Part shown: positions 1-9,372 of the stretch, in pieces
Layout of the letters: every line of letters begins with the position of its first letter
Numbering within the stretch: the first letter of the stretch is position 1
NCBI GenBank assembly: GCA_963698225.1
Contig: CAVOPW010000018.1
Coordinates: 8,972-72,971 of the forward strand
Reading direction: 5' to 3'
DNA from: an uncultured bacterium
Lineage (GTDB): Bacteria; Zixibacteria; MSB-5A5; CAIYYT01
DNA: 64,000 bases
Made by a program: the position numbers and the translations under genes
Notes under the pieces: generated by a model
Seen by the model: the letters and a program-made list of their open reading frames with translations, nothing else
Databases searched by the model: none
What the model was told of the DNA's origin: nothing

Positions 1-726
1 TTGGGGACGGAGGGACTGAGCGAACTGAATTTGTACACGAAGAACCAGACCGATCTGGTGGCCGTGCCAGCCCCGGCAGCGCCGGCGTTTGTCTGCGAGC
101 CGAACGAGCTCGTTCAGCACATCCATCCGGTCGCGGGCCGCACGCTGGAGTTCCGCACGGAAGGACTGGGGCAGCCGACCGATGTCACGTTGCGGCCCTT
201 CTATCAAGTGCATCATCAGCGTTACAGCGTCTACTGGGAGTGTTTTTCACCGGAGGAATGGAAAGCCGTTTGCGCAGCGCGCGGCCGAGGAGGCGGCGCA
301 CGTAGGAGTTGGAACGGCGCACGATCGATCGCGTGCAGATCGGCCGGGAGGACTCGGAGAAGCAGCATCAATTGCAGGGTGAGCGGACGATGGCCGGCCC
401 GCTATTCCGGGCGCTGGTGGCGGCATGCGGATGCGGGGGGTTGGTTCTCGTTCGAGATGCACGTGGATCCCGACCAGGCCGGTGGCGTTGCAATGCACTT
501 ATTGGGGCAGCGATTCGGGGGCTCGCACGTTTGACATCCTGGTGGGCGGCGAGAAGCTGGCGACTCAAACGCTCAACAACGACAAGCCGGGCGAGTTTTT
601 TGACGTTACGTACGAGGTTCCCGCAGCGTTGACCAAGGGCCGCAAGTCGGTGACGGTCCGCTTCCAAGCTCAGCCCGGCAACATGGCCGGCGGCCTCTTC
701 GACTGCCGGATGGTGAGAGGAGTAGT
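1..726 (+). CDS. GH127/GH146-like beta-L-arabinofuranosidase, C-terminal part (5' end outside window; frameshifted)
   Basis: ORFs 1..534, 309..632 and 425..775 join into ...VTLRPFYQVHHQRYSVYW...IDRVQIG...GWFSFEM...YWGSDSGARTFDILV...FFDVTYEVP...VTVRFQAQPGNMAGGLFDCR, the typical C-terminal domains of this family. Exact stop uncertain. Confidence 0.8.
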
Positions 727-730
727 CGCG

Positions 731-783
731 TTTAGTGTGTGTTCGGGGTTCAGTGTTTCAGTGTTTAGTGTTTAGTGTTTAGT
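731..783 (+). repeat. Heptamer simple-sequence repeat TT(T/C)AGTG
   Basis: tttagtg...ttcagtgtttcagtgtttagtgtttagtgtttagt read directly. Confidence 0.85.
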
Positions 784-790
784 TATTGGC

Positions 791-812
791 AGGGTCGTTC
801 ACGACCCTTTTT
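791..812 (+). terminator. Intrinsic terminator-like hairpin
   Basis: AGGGTCG-TTCA-CGACCCT followed by TTTT, between convergent genes. Confidence 0.6.
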
Positions 813-884
813 CGGCCGCAGGCCGCATCGGCCCGGCATTTATGCCGGGTAGCCGTGGTCGGCCTTCCAGGCCGAAGAAAGGGG
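805..884. repeat. Nested inverted repeat (REP/MITE-like)
   Basis: Outer arms CCCTTTTTCGGCC...GGCCGAAGAAAGGGG; inner hairpin CCCGGCATTTATGCCGGG at 832-849. Confidence 0.6.
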
Positions 885-909
885 CTCACGAATCTGCGTA
901 GCCGTTCGA

Positions 910-1831
910 TTAGAACTCTTGATACGCATTCGCGGCTGTTTCTGCGGCGTCGGCGGGCGTCGTGAGCACCTCCAAACGAACCCGAGCCTTCGCTTTCTCG
1001 CCGGCCTTCAGGTCGCGACCAAAGAGCGAGAAATAGACCGAATAGTGCCCCTCCGTCTCAAAGGGCATGGCCATCGCAAACGTATCGTCCGAACTGGCCA
1101 TGAGCAGCGCCGTCAAGCGGCGATCGGGAATGCGCCGCATCGCCAGCGGCTTCCAAAACGTCGGCAGGATCACCCAATCGACCGGATTGGGAGGCAGCTT
1201 CCAGCGTCCGTCCTGGATCATGCGCGACGGCCTTCGGATCACGCGGGAACATCAGCCAATTGCCCAGCTCCTGCTTGGCCGACATGAACCCGGGCTTGCC
1301 GTCCGCCTGCGGGTTCTCGTTGACGTAGGCCGCCGACTGCGTAAAGGCCTTATCGAAATACGACGCGACAAAGACCTCGAAGTTCTTCAGGTCCGTGACG
1401 GGGGTCACCAACAGTTCCAGATCGATGCGCGAAGGACTGACCCAGCGATACGTTCCCTGCAGATCGAACGGGCGGTCGGGCGTCGCCGCACATTTCACGG
1501 TCACCGCTCCGTCAGCACCGAGTTCCGCTTGATTGGGCCATTCCCAACCGGCATTGCCGTACCGCGTGCCGTCCGAGAAAACGCGATAGACATTCAAGAG
1601 TCCGATCGCCCCGGACATAGGTTGGCCGTCGGTGACGTGCTCCACGTCGTTCAAGCCGAATCCGCGTCCATCACTGTGGACGCGTCCGCGCACCACACCG
1701 GTGTCGAACATGAACGTACCGTCCGGCCCAGGCGAGAAGGCGAGCTTCGCCGGGCCGGTGGTTTCCTGTGCCAAACCAAGCGTCCCACCGCAAAACAGAA
1801 CGCACACGGCAAGCAGTTGTCGAGAGATCAT
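910..1831 (-). CDS. Secreted hypothetical protein (one frameshift near 1240)
   Basis: Signal peptide MISRQLLAVCVLFCGGTLGLA in ORF 1058..2188, continuing into ORF 910..1242. No family recognised. Confidence 0.7.
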
Positions 1832-1873
1832 GTTATTGGTTACCTCAGAATTCGAAAGCTCTTCATCGTAACC

Positions 1874-1996
1874 CGAAGCGTCAGCGAGGGATGGCCCCTT
1901 CCACGACCACACGAATGTGATTCCATCATAGCCCGAAGCAACGCGGTCGACAGCGCCAGTGGCCCGCAAGGCGGGCCGTCCCTCGCTGACGCTTCG
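1874..1996. repeat. REP-like 18-bp perfect inverted repeat pair
   Basis: CGAAGCGTCAGCGAGGGA (1874-1891) and its reverse complement (1979-1996). Confidence 0.85.
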
Positions 1997-2013
1997 CGCT
2001 CCAATGGCGAACT

Positions 2014-2039
2014 CGTAGTGCAGGCTGCCAGCCTGCACA
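2014..2039. repeat. REP-like hairpin, copy 1
   Basis: CGTAGTGCAGGCTGCCAGCCTGCACA, identical to 24572-24597. Confidence 0.85.
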
Positions 2040-2260
2040 AGCACACACCCAGGCGGGACGATCCCGCGATGGCGCTTCGAATGAAAAATCGGCGACCCGA
2101 CCTTTGGGTATACTATCGCGCCCAAAGAGTGACGCGGCCCTGACAGTATCCGGGATGTGCCGCCGTCCATTAGAATTCCATATGTCATCGAGGTATAATA
2201 GTCGCCTCATTGATCCGACCCACATCTACATGACGCTCACCCTGCCATAGGAGTCCGCCC

Positions 2261-2706
2261 ATGACTAGTCTCGCCGCTGTGATAAAAAGTGAAATTCAGC
2301 GACTGGCTCGTAAAGAAGTGAAAGCACAGACCGGAGGTACTAAACAGGCCGTTGCGCAATACCGACGAGAAATCGCCAGTCTCAAGCGGAAAGGTGCACG
2401 AACAGGAAAGCAAGATCGCCTACCTGTCCATCGCGGGAAAAGGAGCGATTGGCGGAGCCGGCCGGCGAACAAGCACCAGAAGGGGTGCGTTTCTCAGCCC
2501 GCTCCGTGAAAGCACAGCGAGCCCGATTGGGTCTGTCCGCAGCCGAATATGCGAAACTCGTCGGCGTCTCGCAACTGACGGTTTACAACTGGGAAACAGG
2601 GAAGACACGGCCGCGGCAAGAACAGCTGGCGGCGCTCGTTGCAGTGCGCGGCATTGGCAAGCGTGAAGCGCAGAAGCGTCTGGAACTGCTGGCCGAAGGC
2701 GAGTAA
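2261..2706 (+). CDS. XRE-family helix-turn-helix protein with N-terminal coiled coil (frameshifted)
   Basis: MTSLAAVIKSEIQRLARKE... joined to ...RARLGLSAAEYAKLVGVSQLTVYNWETGKTRP (HTH_3-type motif). Confidence 0.8.
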
Positions 2707-2733
2707 TCCTCATCCGCAGAGCAAGGACGCGGG

Positions 2734-3480
2734 TTGATGTGTGGAACGATGACAGTATCTCCAGGTCCGCACCCTGGCACGGTCCGCGCGGCGGAAGGCC
2801 GAGTGCTGACGGTTCCTGAAGGCTGGGTATTGTTGGCACCAGGTGACGCGGGGCTGACCAGACGCGTCAAGGCGGCCGGCCCGCATTGGGTGGTGCAGGA
2901 ACGCAAAGGGCGACGCGTCTTCTCGCGCGGCGTGTGGGCTCCGGCAGTGACGATCGAGCGGTTTCGCACCGAGTTGGAGACGGAACGAGACACCGTCAGC
3001 TACCGGCGAAAACGCGAACGAGAGACCATTCGCCGCGGGGAGAAACAGACGGCCTATGTGCATGAGTTTCGGGAAACCGTGCTCAAGTTCCTGGCTTTCC
3101 ATCCCCGGCACGAACAGCTGGCGCAACGATTGGCAGTGGCTGTGACAACACATGCGACCCCGGTAGGGAGTGGCACGGTGGCGCGCACGGAACGCATTCC
3201 GGTGGAACGACGTGCCGAGTCCGCTGTGATCGCCTGGCTGCGGCATCAGACAACGGCCTACGATTCGCTGCGCATCCCTCGCGTGAAGGGGAAACGCCGC
3301 GAAGTTCGCCGTGCCTTGGCTGAACAATCGCGCCATGTGCTCGCCCGTTATCGCCAAGGCACTTCGGTGTCAGCCGACTGCCCGCTGCGAGCGGCCTTGG
3401 AGTCGCTCGGTTTCGGACTAAGGACCGCCCATCGTCGCCTTTCGCTCCGCGAAAGTGGCGGCCCCTTCGAGGACCTCTGA
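2734..3480 (+). CDS. DUF2293-domain protein
   Basis: Motifs GDAGLTRRVK and AESAVIAWLRHQTTAYD...RREVRR. The 3' end runs into a REP and may be shorter. Confidence 0.7.
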   Translation: MMCGTMTVSPGPHPGTVRAAEGRVLTVPEGWVLLAPGDAGLTRRVKAAGPHWVVQERKGRRVFSRGVWAPAVTIERFRTELETERDTVSYRRKRERETIRRGEKQTAYVHEFRETVLKFLAFHPRHEQLAQRLAVAVTTHATPVGSGTVARTERIPVERRAESAVIAWLRHQTTAYDSLRIPRVKGKRREVRRALAEQSRHVLARYRQGTSVSADCPLRAALESLGFGLRTAHRRLSLRESGGPFEDL

Positions 3481-3610
3481 GCTCCCCCAGCCCCGACGCC
3501 TCGTTCGCCCGTGTACCAAGGCACTTCCACCGCGAGCCGTGTACACGCGACCGCTACTTTCGCGGAGCGAAAGGCGACTGTGGCGAAAGGCGACTGTGGC
3601 GAAAGGCGAC
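3434..3610. repeat. REP-like 23-bp inverted repeat with 16-bp tandem tail
   Basis: GTCGCCTTTCGCTCCGCGAAAGT (3434-3456) pairs with 3556-3578. GCGAAAGGCGACTGTG occurs about three times in tandem at 3567-3610. Confidence 0.85.
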
Positions 3611-3628
3611 GATAATTCTGCGCCGGTC

Positions 3629-5329
3629 CTAATTGGGAATCTGCAACCTCGCGCCATTCTCGGTGGCCATCCGTCGATTCCAGGTCTCGCCGTATCCTGG
3701 CTGCTCCACTTTGGGATTCTGATTCGGCGGATCGGCTGTCTTGATGTTCCCGTCCACGTATTTCAGGAAGAGCTGTTTGTACAGCTCCCGCCAACGGGCG
3801 CACGTTTCGTCGCCCTGCTTGACTGAATACTCGGTCAAGAACTCGACGGCCAGCTTCGGATCCGCCTGATAAAGTTCCTGGGCCGCCTTGTCGATCGCCG
3901 GTCCATAGGTGAGGAACTTGTTTTCAAGTTCACCTTGTGCTGCCTGCACATCCACGATCACTGACGCGTATCGCGTGTAGGCCAGATTGGCCACCTGATT
4001 GAACACCCAGAACCCAGCGTCATCGGACCAGGTCATCATGTTGCCATTTCCGACCGCAAACGAATGTGGCACACGCGTGATCGATCCATACATTGGTGTG
4101 AAGACCGTGCTTTTGGCATCATCGACGCCAAACCACAACAGTGCGCCAATCGGATCGGGCAACCATGAGCGCGATTGCGAAACGAACACGAACCCGGTTT
4201 GTTGTGTCGCCACGGCTCGCTCATGGAAGTACTTCTTGCCGTCGACGGTCCAGGTAAGGGGTCGCCAGCGATAGGGCACCGAATACGGTCCGGCACCCAC
4301 ATCCTTCGCCATATCGAGCGGCGTTCCCTCATAGGCGTTGCGCATAAAAGCGAACATATCGCGGACGGATACCTTCTGTTTCGGCTGGATCCACAGTGGC
4401 ATACGATGAGTGAGATCACGCCCAAGTACATAATCTTCGTATTGACTCATCTCGTCATTCAACTGGCGGAAGATGGCCCACACCCGTGCTTCGCAGAATC
4501 GAACCGATTCGAAATCGACCGGCGCGTAGGTGTCCGAGAAACTGAAGTCTTTGTCCTCGCCACTGAACCACTGCTTGTCCCGGGCAAAACTGATCACATC
4601 CTGTGCGTACACGACCTCGACCGTCGGCTGCTCGATCAGGTCCAGTTGCTGCGACGTGATGGAGACCTGCCCGTCGGCCAAGGGAAACGTACGAATACGA
4701 GCCTGGTTGGCGTGGCCCGAGACACAGCCATCCGGAATCCGCACGGCCACCCACACGGCACCCTTAGCACCCTCTCCTTTGCCGATCATCTCCATAATCC
4801 ACACTTCCTGTGGATCGGAAATCGAAAACGACTCGCCGCTGCTGAAGTACCCGTGTTCGGCAACCAGTTCGACCATGGTCTTGATCGCCTGCCTCGCGGT
4901 GCGCGAACGCTGTAACGCGATATAGATCAAGCTACCGTAGTCCATAACGGCGCCGGCCTGAGACCCGAGTTCCTTCCGGCCTCCGAAAGTGGTCTCACCG
5001 ATCGCTACCTGGAACTCGTTAATGTTCCCGACCACGTTGAATGTCTGCCGGACTTGCGGAATCTGGCCCAGGTGTTTCCCTGTATCCCATTCGCGCACTT
5101 CAAGCATTGAGCCATCGTCCCAGGTCTTCGCCGGCCAATGGTAGAGTTCCCCGTACAGCACATGGGAGTCCGCCGAGTAGCTGATCATCGTTGATCCGTC
5201 CTTGGAGGCGCCCCGGGTGATGAGAAAGTTCGTGCAAGCACGACCTGTTCCCACCCAACCCAAGCAGACTGCCAACCAAAGCCCGCCCCCCCACACGAAT
5301 ACTCGCCTGCTCGACCGTTCCATGTTCAT
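3629..5329 (-). CDS. Peptidase family C69 dipeptidase, secreted
   Basis: Signal peptide, then N-terminal nucleophile C-TNFLIT...; NEFQVAIGETT, HANQARI and CEARVW motifs. Confidence 0.9.
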   Translation of the reverse strand: MNMERSSRRVFVWGGGLWLAVCLGWVGTGRACTNFLITRGASKDGSTMISYSADSHVLYGELYHWPAKTWDDGSMLEVREWDTGKHLGQIPQVRQTFNVVGNINEFQVAIGETTFGGRKELGSQAGAVMDYGSLIYIALQRSRTARQAIKTMVELVAEHGYFSSGESFSISDPQEVWIMEMIGKGEGAKGAVWVAVRIPDGCVSGHANQARIRTFPLADGQVSITSQQLDLIEQPTVEVVYAQDVISFARDKQWFSGEDKDFSFSDTYAPVDFESVRFCEARVWAIFRQLNDEMSQYEDYVLGRDLTHRMPLWIQPKQKVSVRDMFAFMRNAYEGTPLDMAKDVGAGPYSVPYRWRPLTWTVDGKKYFHERAVATQQTGFVFVSQSRSWLPDPIGALLWFGVDDAKSTVFTPMYGSITRVPHSFAVGNGNMMTWSDDAGFWVFNQVANLAYTRYASVIVDVQAAQGELENKFLTYGPAIDKAAQELYQADPKLAVEFLTEYSVKQGDETCARWRELYKQLFLKYVDGNIKTADPPNQNPKVEQPGYGETWNRRMATENGARLQIPN

Positions 5330-5584
5330 AGATTGCTCGCTGTGTCACATCCGGAAAGGGAAGAGCCGCGAGCCGGAATTCCCGATGACTTCTCCGATTA
5401 CGCGGCGCAGACAATATATGGAATCAAAGATGTCAGGCGAAGTGCCTGAATTCAAGCCCGAAGTTCCTAATCATAGCCCGAAGCATGACGGCTTCGGGCT
5501 GCGATAGGAAGCTTCGGGCTGCGATAAGAAGCGGCCAGCCAGGATGCGCAGAAAGCCAGCCCGACCTAGCTGCAGGCGAGAAAA

Positions 5585-5657
5585 TACCCCCTAGGGGAGT
5601 CGAACCCCTGTCTTCGGACTGAGAATCCGATGTCCTGGGCCACTAGACGAAGGGGGC
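5585..5657 (-). tRNA. tRNA-Glu (CTC)
   Basis: Reverse complement GCCCCCTTCGTCTAGTGGCCCAGGACATCGGATTCTCAGTCCGAAGACAGGGGTTCGACTCCCCTAGGGGGTA. Anticodon stem TCGGA/TCCGA with loop TT-CTC-AG; T-loop GTTCGAC; CCA not encoded. Confidence 0.95.
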
Positions 5658-5986
5658 CCTGCTGGAGCGGCCTAGTTTAGCACATTTTTTGCGCCGACAA
5701 GCGTCCGAAACGTCCCGTTCGAGGTAACGGCCAAATCGTGACCGGCAAGCGGCGATTAGTGCACGTTTCAGGGTCGTGCCATATCGGGCCGTTCTCATGG
5801 CCGCACCGACCTCCCATCTGCGAGCGACTAATACGGCGAACAATAATCGAAAAAAAGTGCCCAGTCTACTTGCCTTTCGGCAACGGGACGACAATAAACG
5901 TGGTACGCTTTGTCAAACGTGAATCTGGGGCAATTAGAACAACAGTTCGCATCACGAAAACTTGCAGGAATACAGAATCTGGTGGG

Positions 5987-6015
5987 TTGACGTTGTCCTA
6001 GGGTAGCTATAAGTT
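5987..6015 (+). promoter_or_regulatory. Putative sigma70 promoter for the Cys-rich repeat gene
   Basis: TTGACG-N17-TAAGTT. Confidence 0.55.
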
Positions 6016-6237
6016 ACGTAAGCTATCGGGATTCGGCACCCGCTGGCCCGCCTAATGCGAAGAGTACGCTGGCAAGAGAAAGCACGCACTGAAGCACACC
6101 CGCGGTTCAGGGCAGGAGTTGACTAACAAGGATGGATTCGTGGGCCGCCTCGGCGACTCAAGCCAGCCGATCATTGTTCCTCCCCAAAACGCCGTCGTTA
6201 TTTTTTAACACCGTAGATCTCAGGAAAGGATGGAAGT

Positions 6238-7541
6238 ATGTCAATTCGCCGCACTTGGCTAGCCCTGTGTGCCGTAGCCTGTTTGGCTACGTCCGCAGTG
6301 GCGGACGATTCCTGCTGTGGAACGCCCGTCGAGACTGGTTGTTGTGAAGCACAGCCGGTCATGGTTGAAAAAGTCGTCTGCGTACCCGAATGGGTTACCG
6401 AGACGCGCACGATCAATGTGACGGAGTACAAGCAGGAGCAGCAGACGAAGACCGTCACCCGCTGCAAGCCCGTGACCACGACCAGGGAAGTCACGTATGA
6501 CGTCACCGTGATGGAGCCCGTCACGAAGACGAAGACCTGCACCTACACCGTCTGCAAGCCGCAAATGGAAGCGAAGACCTGTGATTACACGGTTTGCGTA
6601 CCGGTTTACACGGACGTCGAGAAGACCTACACCGTCATGGTGCCGACGTACAAGACGTCGAGAAGACCTACACCGTGATGGTGCCGACGACCGAGACGCG
6701 TCCGGCACTCGCAAAGTTGCCCGCATGGTCCAAGAGACCGTCAACAAGACGGTTACCGTGGACGAAGGCCACTGGGAAACCCAGATGGTTGAAGTCCCCT
6801 GTGCGACCAATGGCGGCAACGGCGGCCGCATGGGCCTGTTGGCCCGATGCCGTCTGCGTCGCGCGTGCAATGACCCGTGTGCGAAGCCGGCTTGCGGTTG
6901 CGACACGGGTTGTGACACCGGTTGTGACACGGGTTGCGGTAATGGGTGCGACGCCGGTTGTGGCGACTGCGCTCCGAAGACCACGACCGTCTGCAAGAAG
7001 GTTGGGTTCCGAACTGCGTGACGAAGGAAGTGCCGGTCACGGTCTGCAGGCAGGTTTGCGAAGATCAGCCGTACGAATACACCGTCACGGTCTGCAAGCC
7101 GGAAACCAAGACCTGCATGGTCAAGGTCTGCACGATGGTACCCCAGACCAAGACCTGCACGGTCAAGGTTTGCAAGTATGAGAAGCAAGTCAAGCAGCGG
7201 ACCTATCAGGTCTGCACAATGGTCCCCGAAACGGTCACCAAGGAAGTGCAGTACACCGTTTGCGAGCCGAAGACGGTCACCAAGACCCGCACTGTGACCG
7301 AGTGCAAGATGGAGCAATCCAAGAGGAAGTCACCTGCACCGTCAGCGTTCCGGTCACCGTGCAGAAAGAAGTCGAAGTGAAGGTTTGCAAGATGGTCCAG
7401 AAGACCGTCATGGTTGCCGCCGGTGACGGTTGCGGTAAGGCCGCTCGTCGTTGTGGTCTGTTCAGCCGTCGCGCTGCGAAGTGCTGTGCCGAGCCGGCTA
7501 CCGGTTGTGGCGCACCGGCTGCGGATTGCGGCTGCAACTAG
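6238..7541 (+). CDS. Secreted Cys/Val/Thr/Lys-rich repeat protein, planctomycete type (frameshifted)
   Basis: Signal peptide MSIRRTWLALCAVACLATSAVA, then ~15-aa YTV(C/M)(K/V)P repeats, a GCDT-repeat centre and a second repeat arm. Assembled from ORFs 6238, 6594, 6581, 6946 and 7260. Confidence 0.8.
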
Positions 7542-7591
7542 TCATGTGAAGTGAGCCGGGGAAGCGACCCAGTTTCCCTGCTTGAAATGGC

Positions 7592-7634
7592 AGAAGCCCG
7601 GCAACCTCGCGGTTGCCGGGCTTCTGTGTTTCTT
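7592..7634. terminator. Strong intrinsic terminator, probably bidirectional
   Basis: AGAAGCCCGGCAACC-TCGC-GGTTGCCGGGCTTCT plus T-rich tail, between convergent genes. Confidence 0.8.
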
Positions 7635-7724
7635 GGTTTGCTTCTCTCGCCGGCACATCGACCTGTGTGACCGACAGCACGCGCAAAAACCGTCGCGTGG
7701 TGACAAGGCGACGAACGCCGGCGG

Positions 7725-9323
7725 CTATTCAGGCACCGCGTTCATCAACAACTGCTCCAACTGCCCGGTACCGCGGGCACACTCGATCAATTTGCCTCGC
7801 AAGTCCGGATCGAGCCAGACCAGCACGCTGCGCACTTGATCCTCTTGAGGAAGCTCCTTCAGCGCCTCAATAGCCGCCATCAACTCAGCCGTGGTGCGTT
7901 CCGCTATGGCGGGATCACTCTGAGCCAGCTGGTTAAGCAGATTTGCTTTGCCAATCAGCCCATGCGCGACATACAGCGGTTCGGACGACGCGGCCAGTTG
8001 GTCATACAGCCGCATTGCTTTCTCAGGTTGGTTATCGGCGCGATAGAACTCGGCCAGTCGCTGCTTGGCCTGCCAAGCGTATACCAGGTTCATCGGGCCG
8101 TTCTTCGGGTCATCAGGCGGAAAGTACTGGTCGACCGCCAGCCACGCTTCTTCGCTATTGAGCTTCATGGCGTGCCAGTACTGCAGCTTGGCCGATTCCT
8201 TCTTTTCGACCACCAGGCCTTGGACCTGGAGCAGATCGGCTGGACGCGAGAACCACGCCCCAGCCGCTCCGAACAGCACGCCGCCAGCCAGTGCCGCAGT
8301 GAACCAGCGGAACAGAGACCTCCGACGGACAGCCATTGACGACGAACGCATCACGGAGGCCAAACGCATCGTCGCTTCAGAACGCCCCTCCGAGAACGCG
8401 AGTAGTTCCGGCGTGTCCCATTCTTCCACTGGAACCGGCCACTGCTCCAGCCCTTCGACATGCAGAGCGCGCAGATCCTTCACGACCTCGGCAGCACTCG
8501 GATAGCGGTCGGCGGGACTCTTGGCCAACAGGCGATGAACGATTCGGCAGAGCCCTTCGACCAAGTCGGGGCGCAGCAGCTCCAGACGTTCCGGCTCGGC
8601 CCGCAGATGCTGAACCGCCACCGCCAACGGGGTCTCGCCGGTAAACGGCGGATGGCCGGCCAGCATTTCAAAACTCGTCACACCCAACGAATACAAGTCG
8701 CTGCGAGGATCGACCGACCGCCCTTCCACCTGCTCCGGACTCATGTACAGTGGCGTTCCCATGGTGACGCCCACCTGTGTCAGATTCACCGCCTGGCCGT
8801 CGTTGGTGACCCGGGCCAGGCCGAAATCGGCGACCTTCACCTCGCCAGTCGTCGCCAGCATGATGTTTTCGGGTTTGATATCGCGATGGATAATCCCTTG
8901 CTGCGCCGCGCGATTCAGCGCAGCGGAGACCTGCCGCATGATGTGCACGGCCATTTTCGAGTCAGCCGAGCGATGGCGTGACAGCCACTGCTTCAGATTC
9001 TGACCCGCCACATATTCCTGGGCAATGAAGTGCACACCGTCCAGGCACCCCACTTCGTGAATTTGGACAATGTTGGCATGCACCAGCGAGGCGGCCGCCC
9101 GCGCCTCGTTATGAAAGCGACGGACATAGGCCTGATCCTCCGCCAGACTCCGCTTGAGGACCTTAAACGCCACCCGCCGGCGAAGGGACATCTGTTCGGC
9201 CAGATACACGTCCGCCATGCCCCCACGCCCTAATCGGCGCAGCAACTGGTAGTCCCCCAGCTTGCGGCCCGACAGATCGGGATCCGGGCCGGCCGGCTCT
9301 TGGGCAAGAGGAGTTTCAGACAT
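7725..9323 (-). CDS. Hanks-type Ser/Thr protein kinase (PknB-like), single membrane span
   Basis: LGRGGMADVY, VAFKVL, HRDIKPEN, DFGLA and GTPLYMSPEQ motifs; hydrophobic segment WFTAALAGGVLFGAAGAW. Confidence 0.95.
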   Translation of the reverse strand: MSETPLAQEPAGPDPDLSGRKLGDYQLLRRLGRGGMADVYLAEQMSLRRRVAFKVLKRSLAEDQAYVRRFHNEARAAASLVHANIVQIHEVGCLDGVHFIAQEYVAGQNLKQWLSRHRSADSKMAVHIMRQVSAALNRAAQQGIIHRDIKPENIMLATTGEVKVADFGLARVTNDGQAVNLTQVGVTMGTPLYMSPEQVEGRSVDPRSDLYSLGVTSFEMLAGHPPFTGETPLAVAVQHLRAEPERLELLRPDLVEGLCRIVHRLLAKSPADRYPSAAEVVKDLRALHVEGLEQWPVPVEEWDTPELLAFSEGRSEATMRLASVMRSSSMAVRRRSLFRWFTAALAGGVLFGAAGAWFSRPADLLQVQGLVVEKKESAKLQYWHAMKLNSEEAWLAVDQYFPPDDPKNGPMNLVYAWQAKQRLAEFYRADNQPEKAMRLYDQLAASSEPLYVAHGLIGKANLLNQLAQSDPAIAERTTAELMAAIEALKELPQEDQVRSVLVWLDPDLRGKLIECARGTGQLEQLLMNAVPE

Positions 9324-9372
9324 GTTGACGTGTTCCAGGTCCCGCAAAAGTCTACCAGTATGTACCGGCCCA

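Noticed and set aside
2261-3480. HTH plus DUF2293 as a toxin-antitoxin pair
   Set aside because: No toxin motif recognised in either gene; only adjacency supports it.
1-5657. Island integrated at the tRNA-Glu 3' end
   Set aside because: No duplicated tRNA 3' segment and no integrase seen; neighbouring genes look chromosomal.
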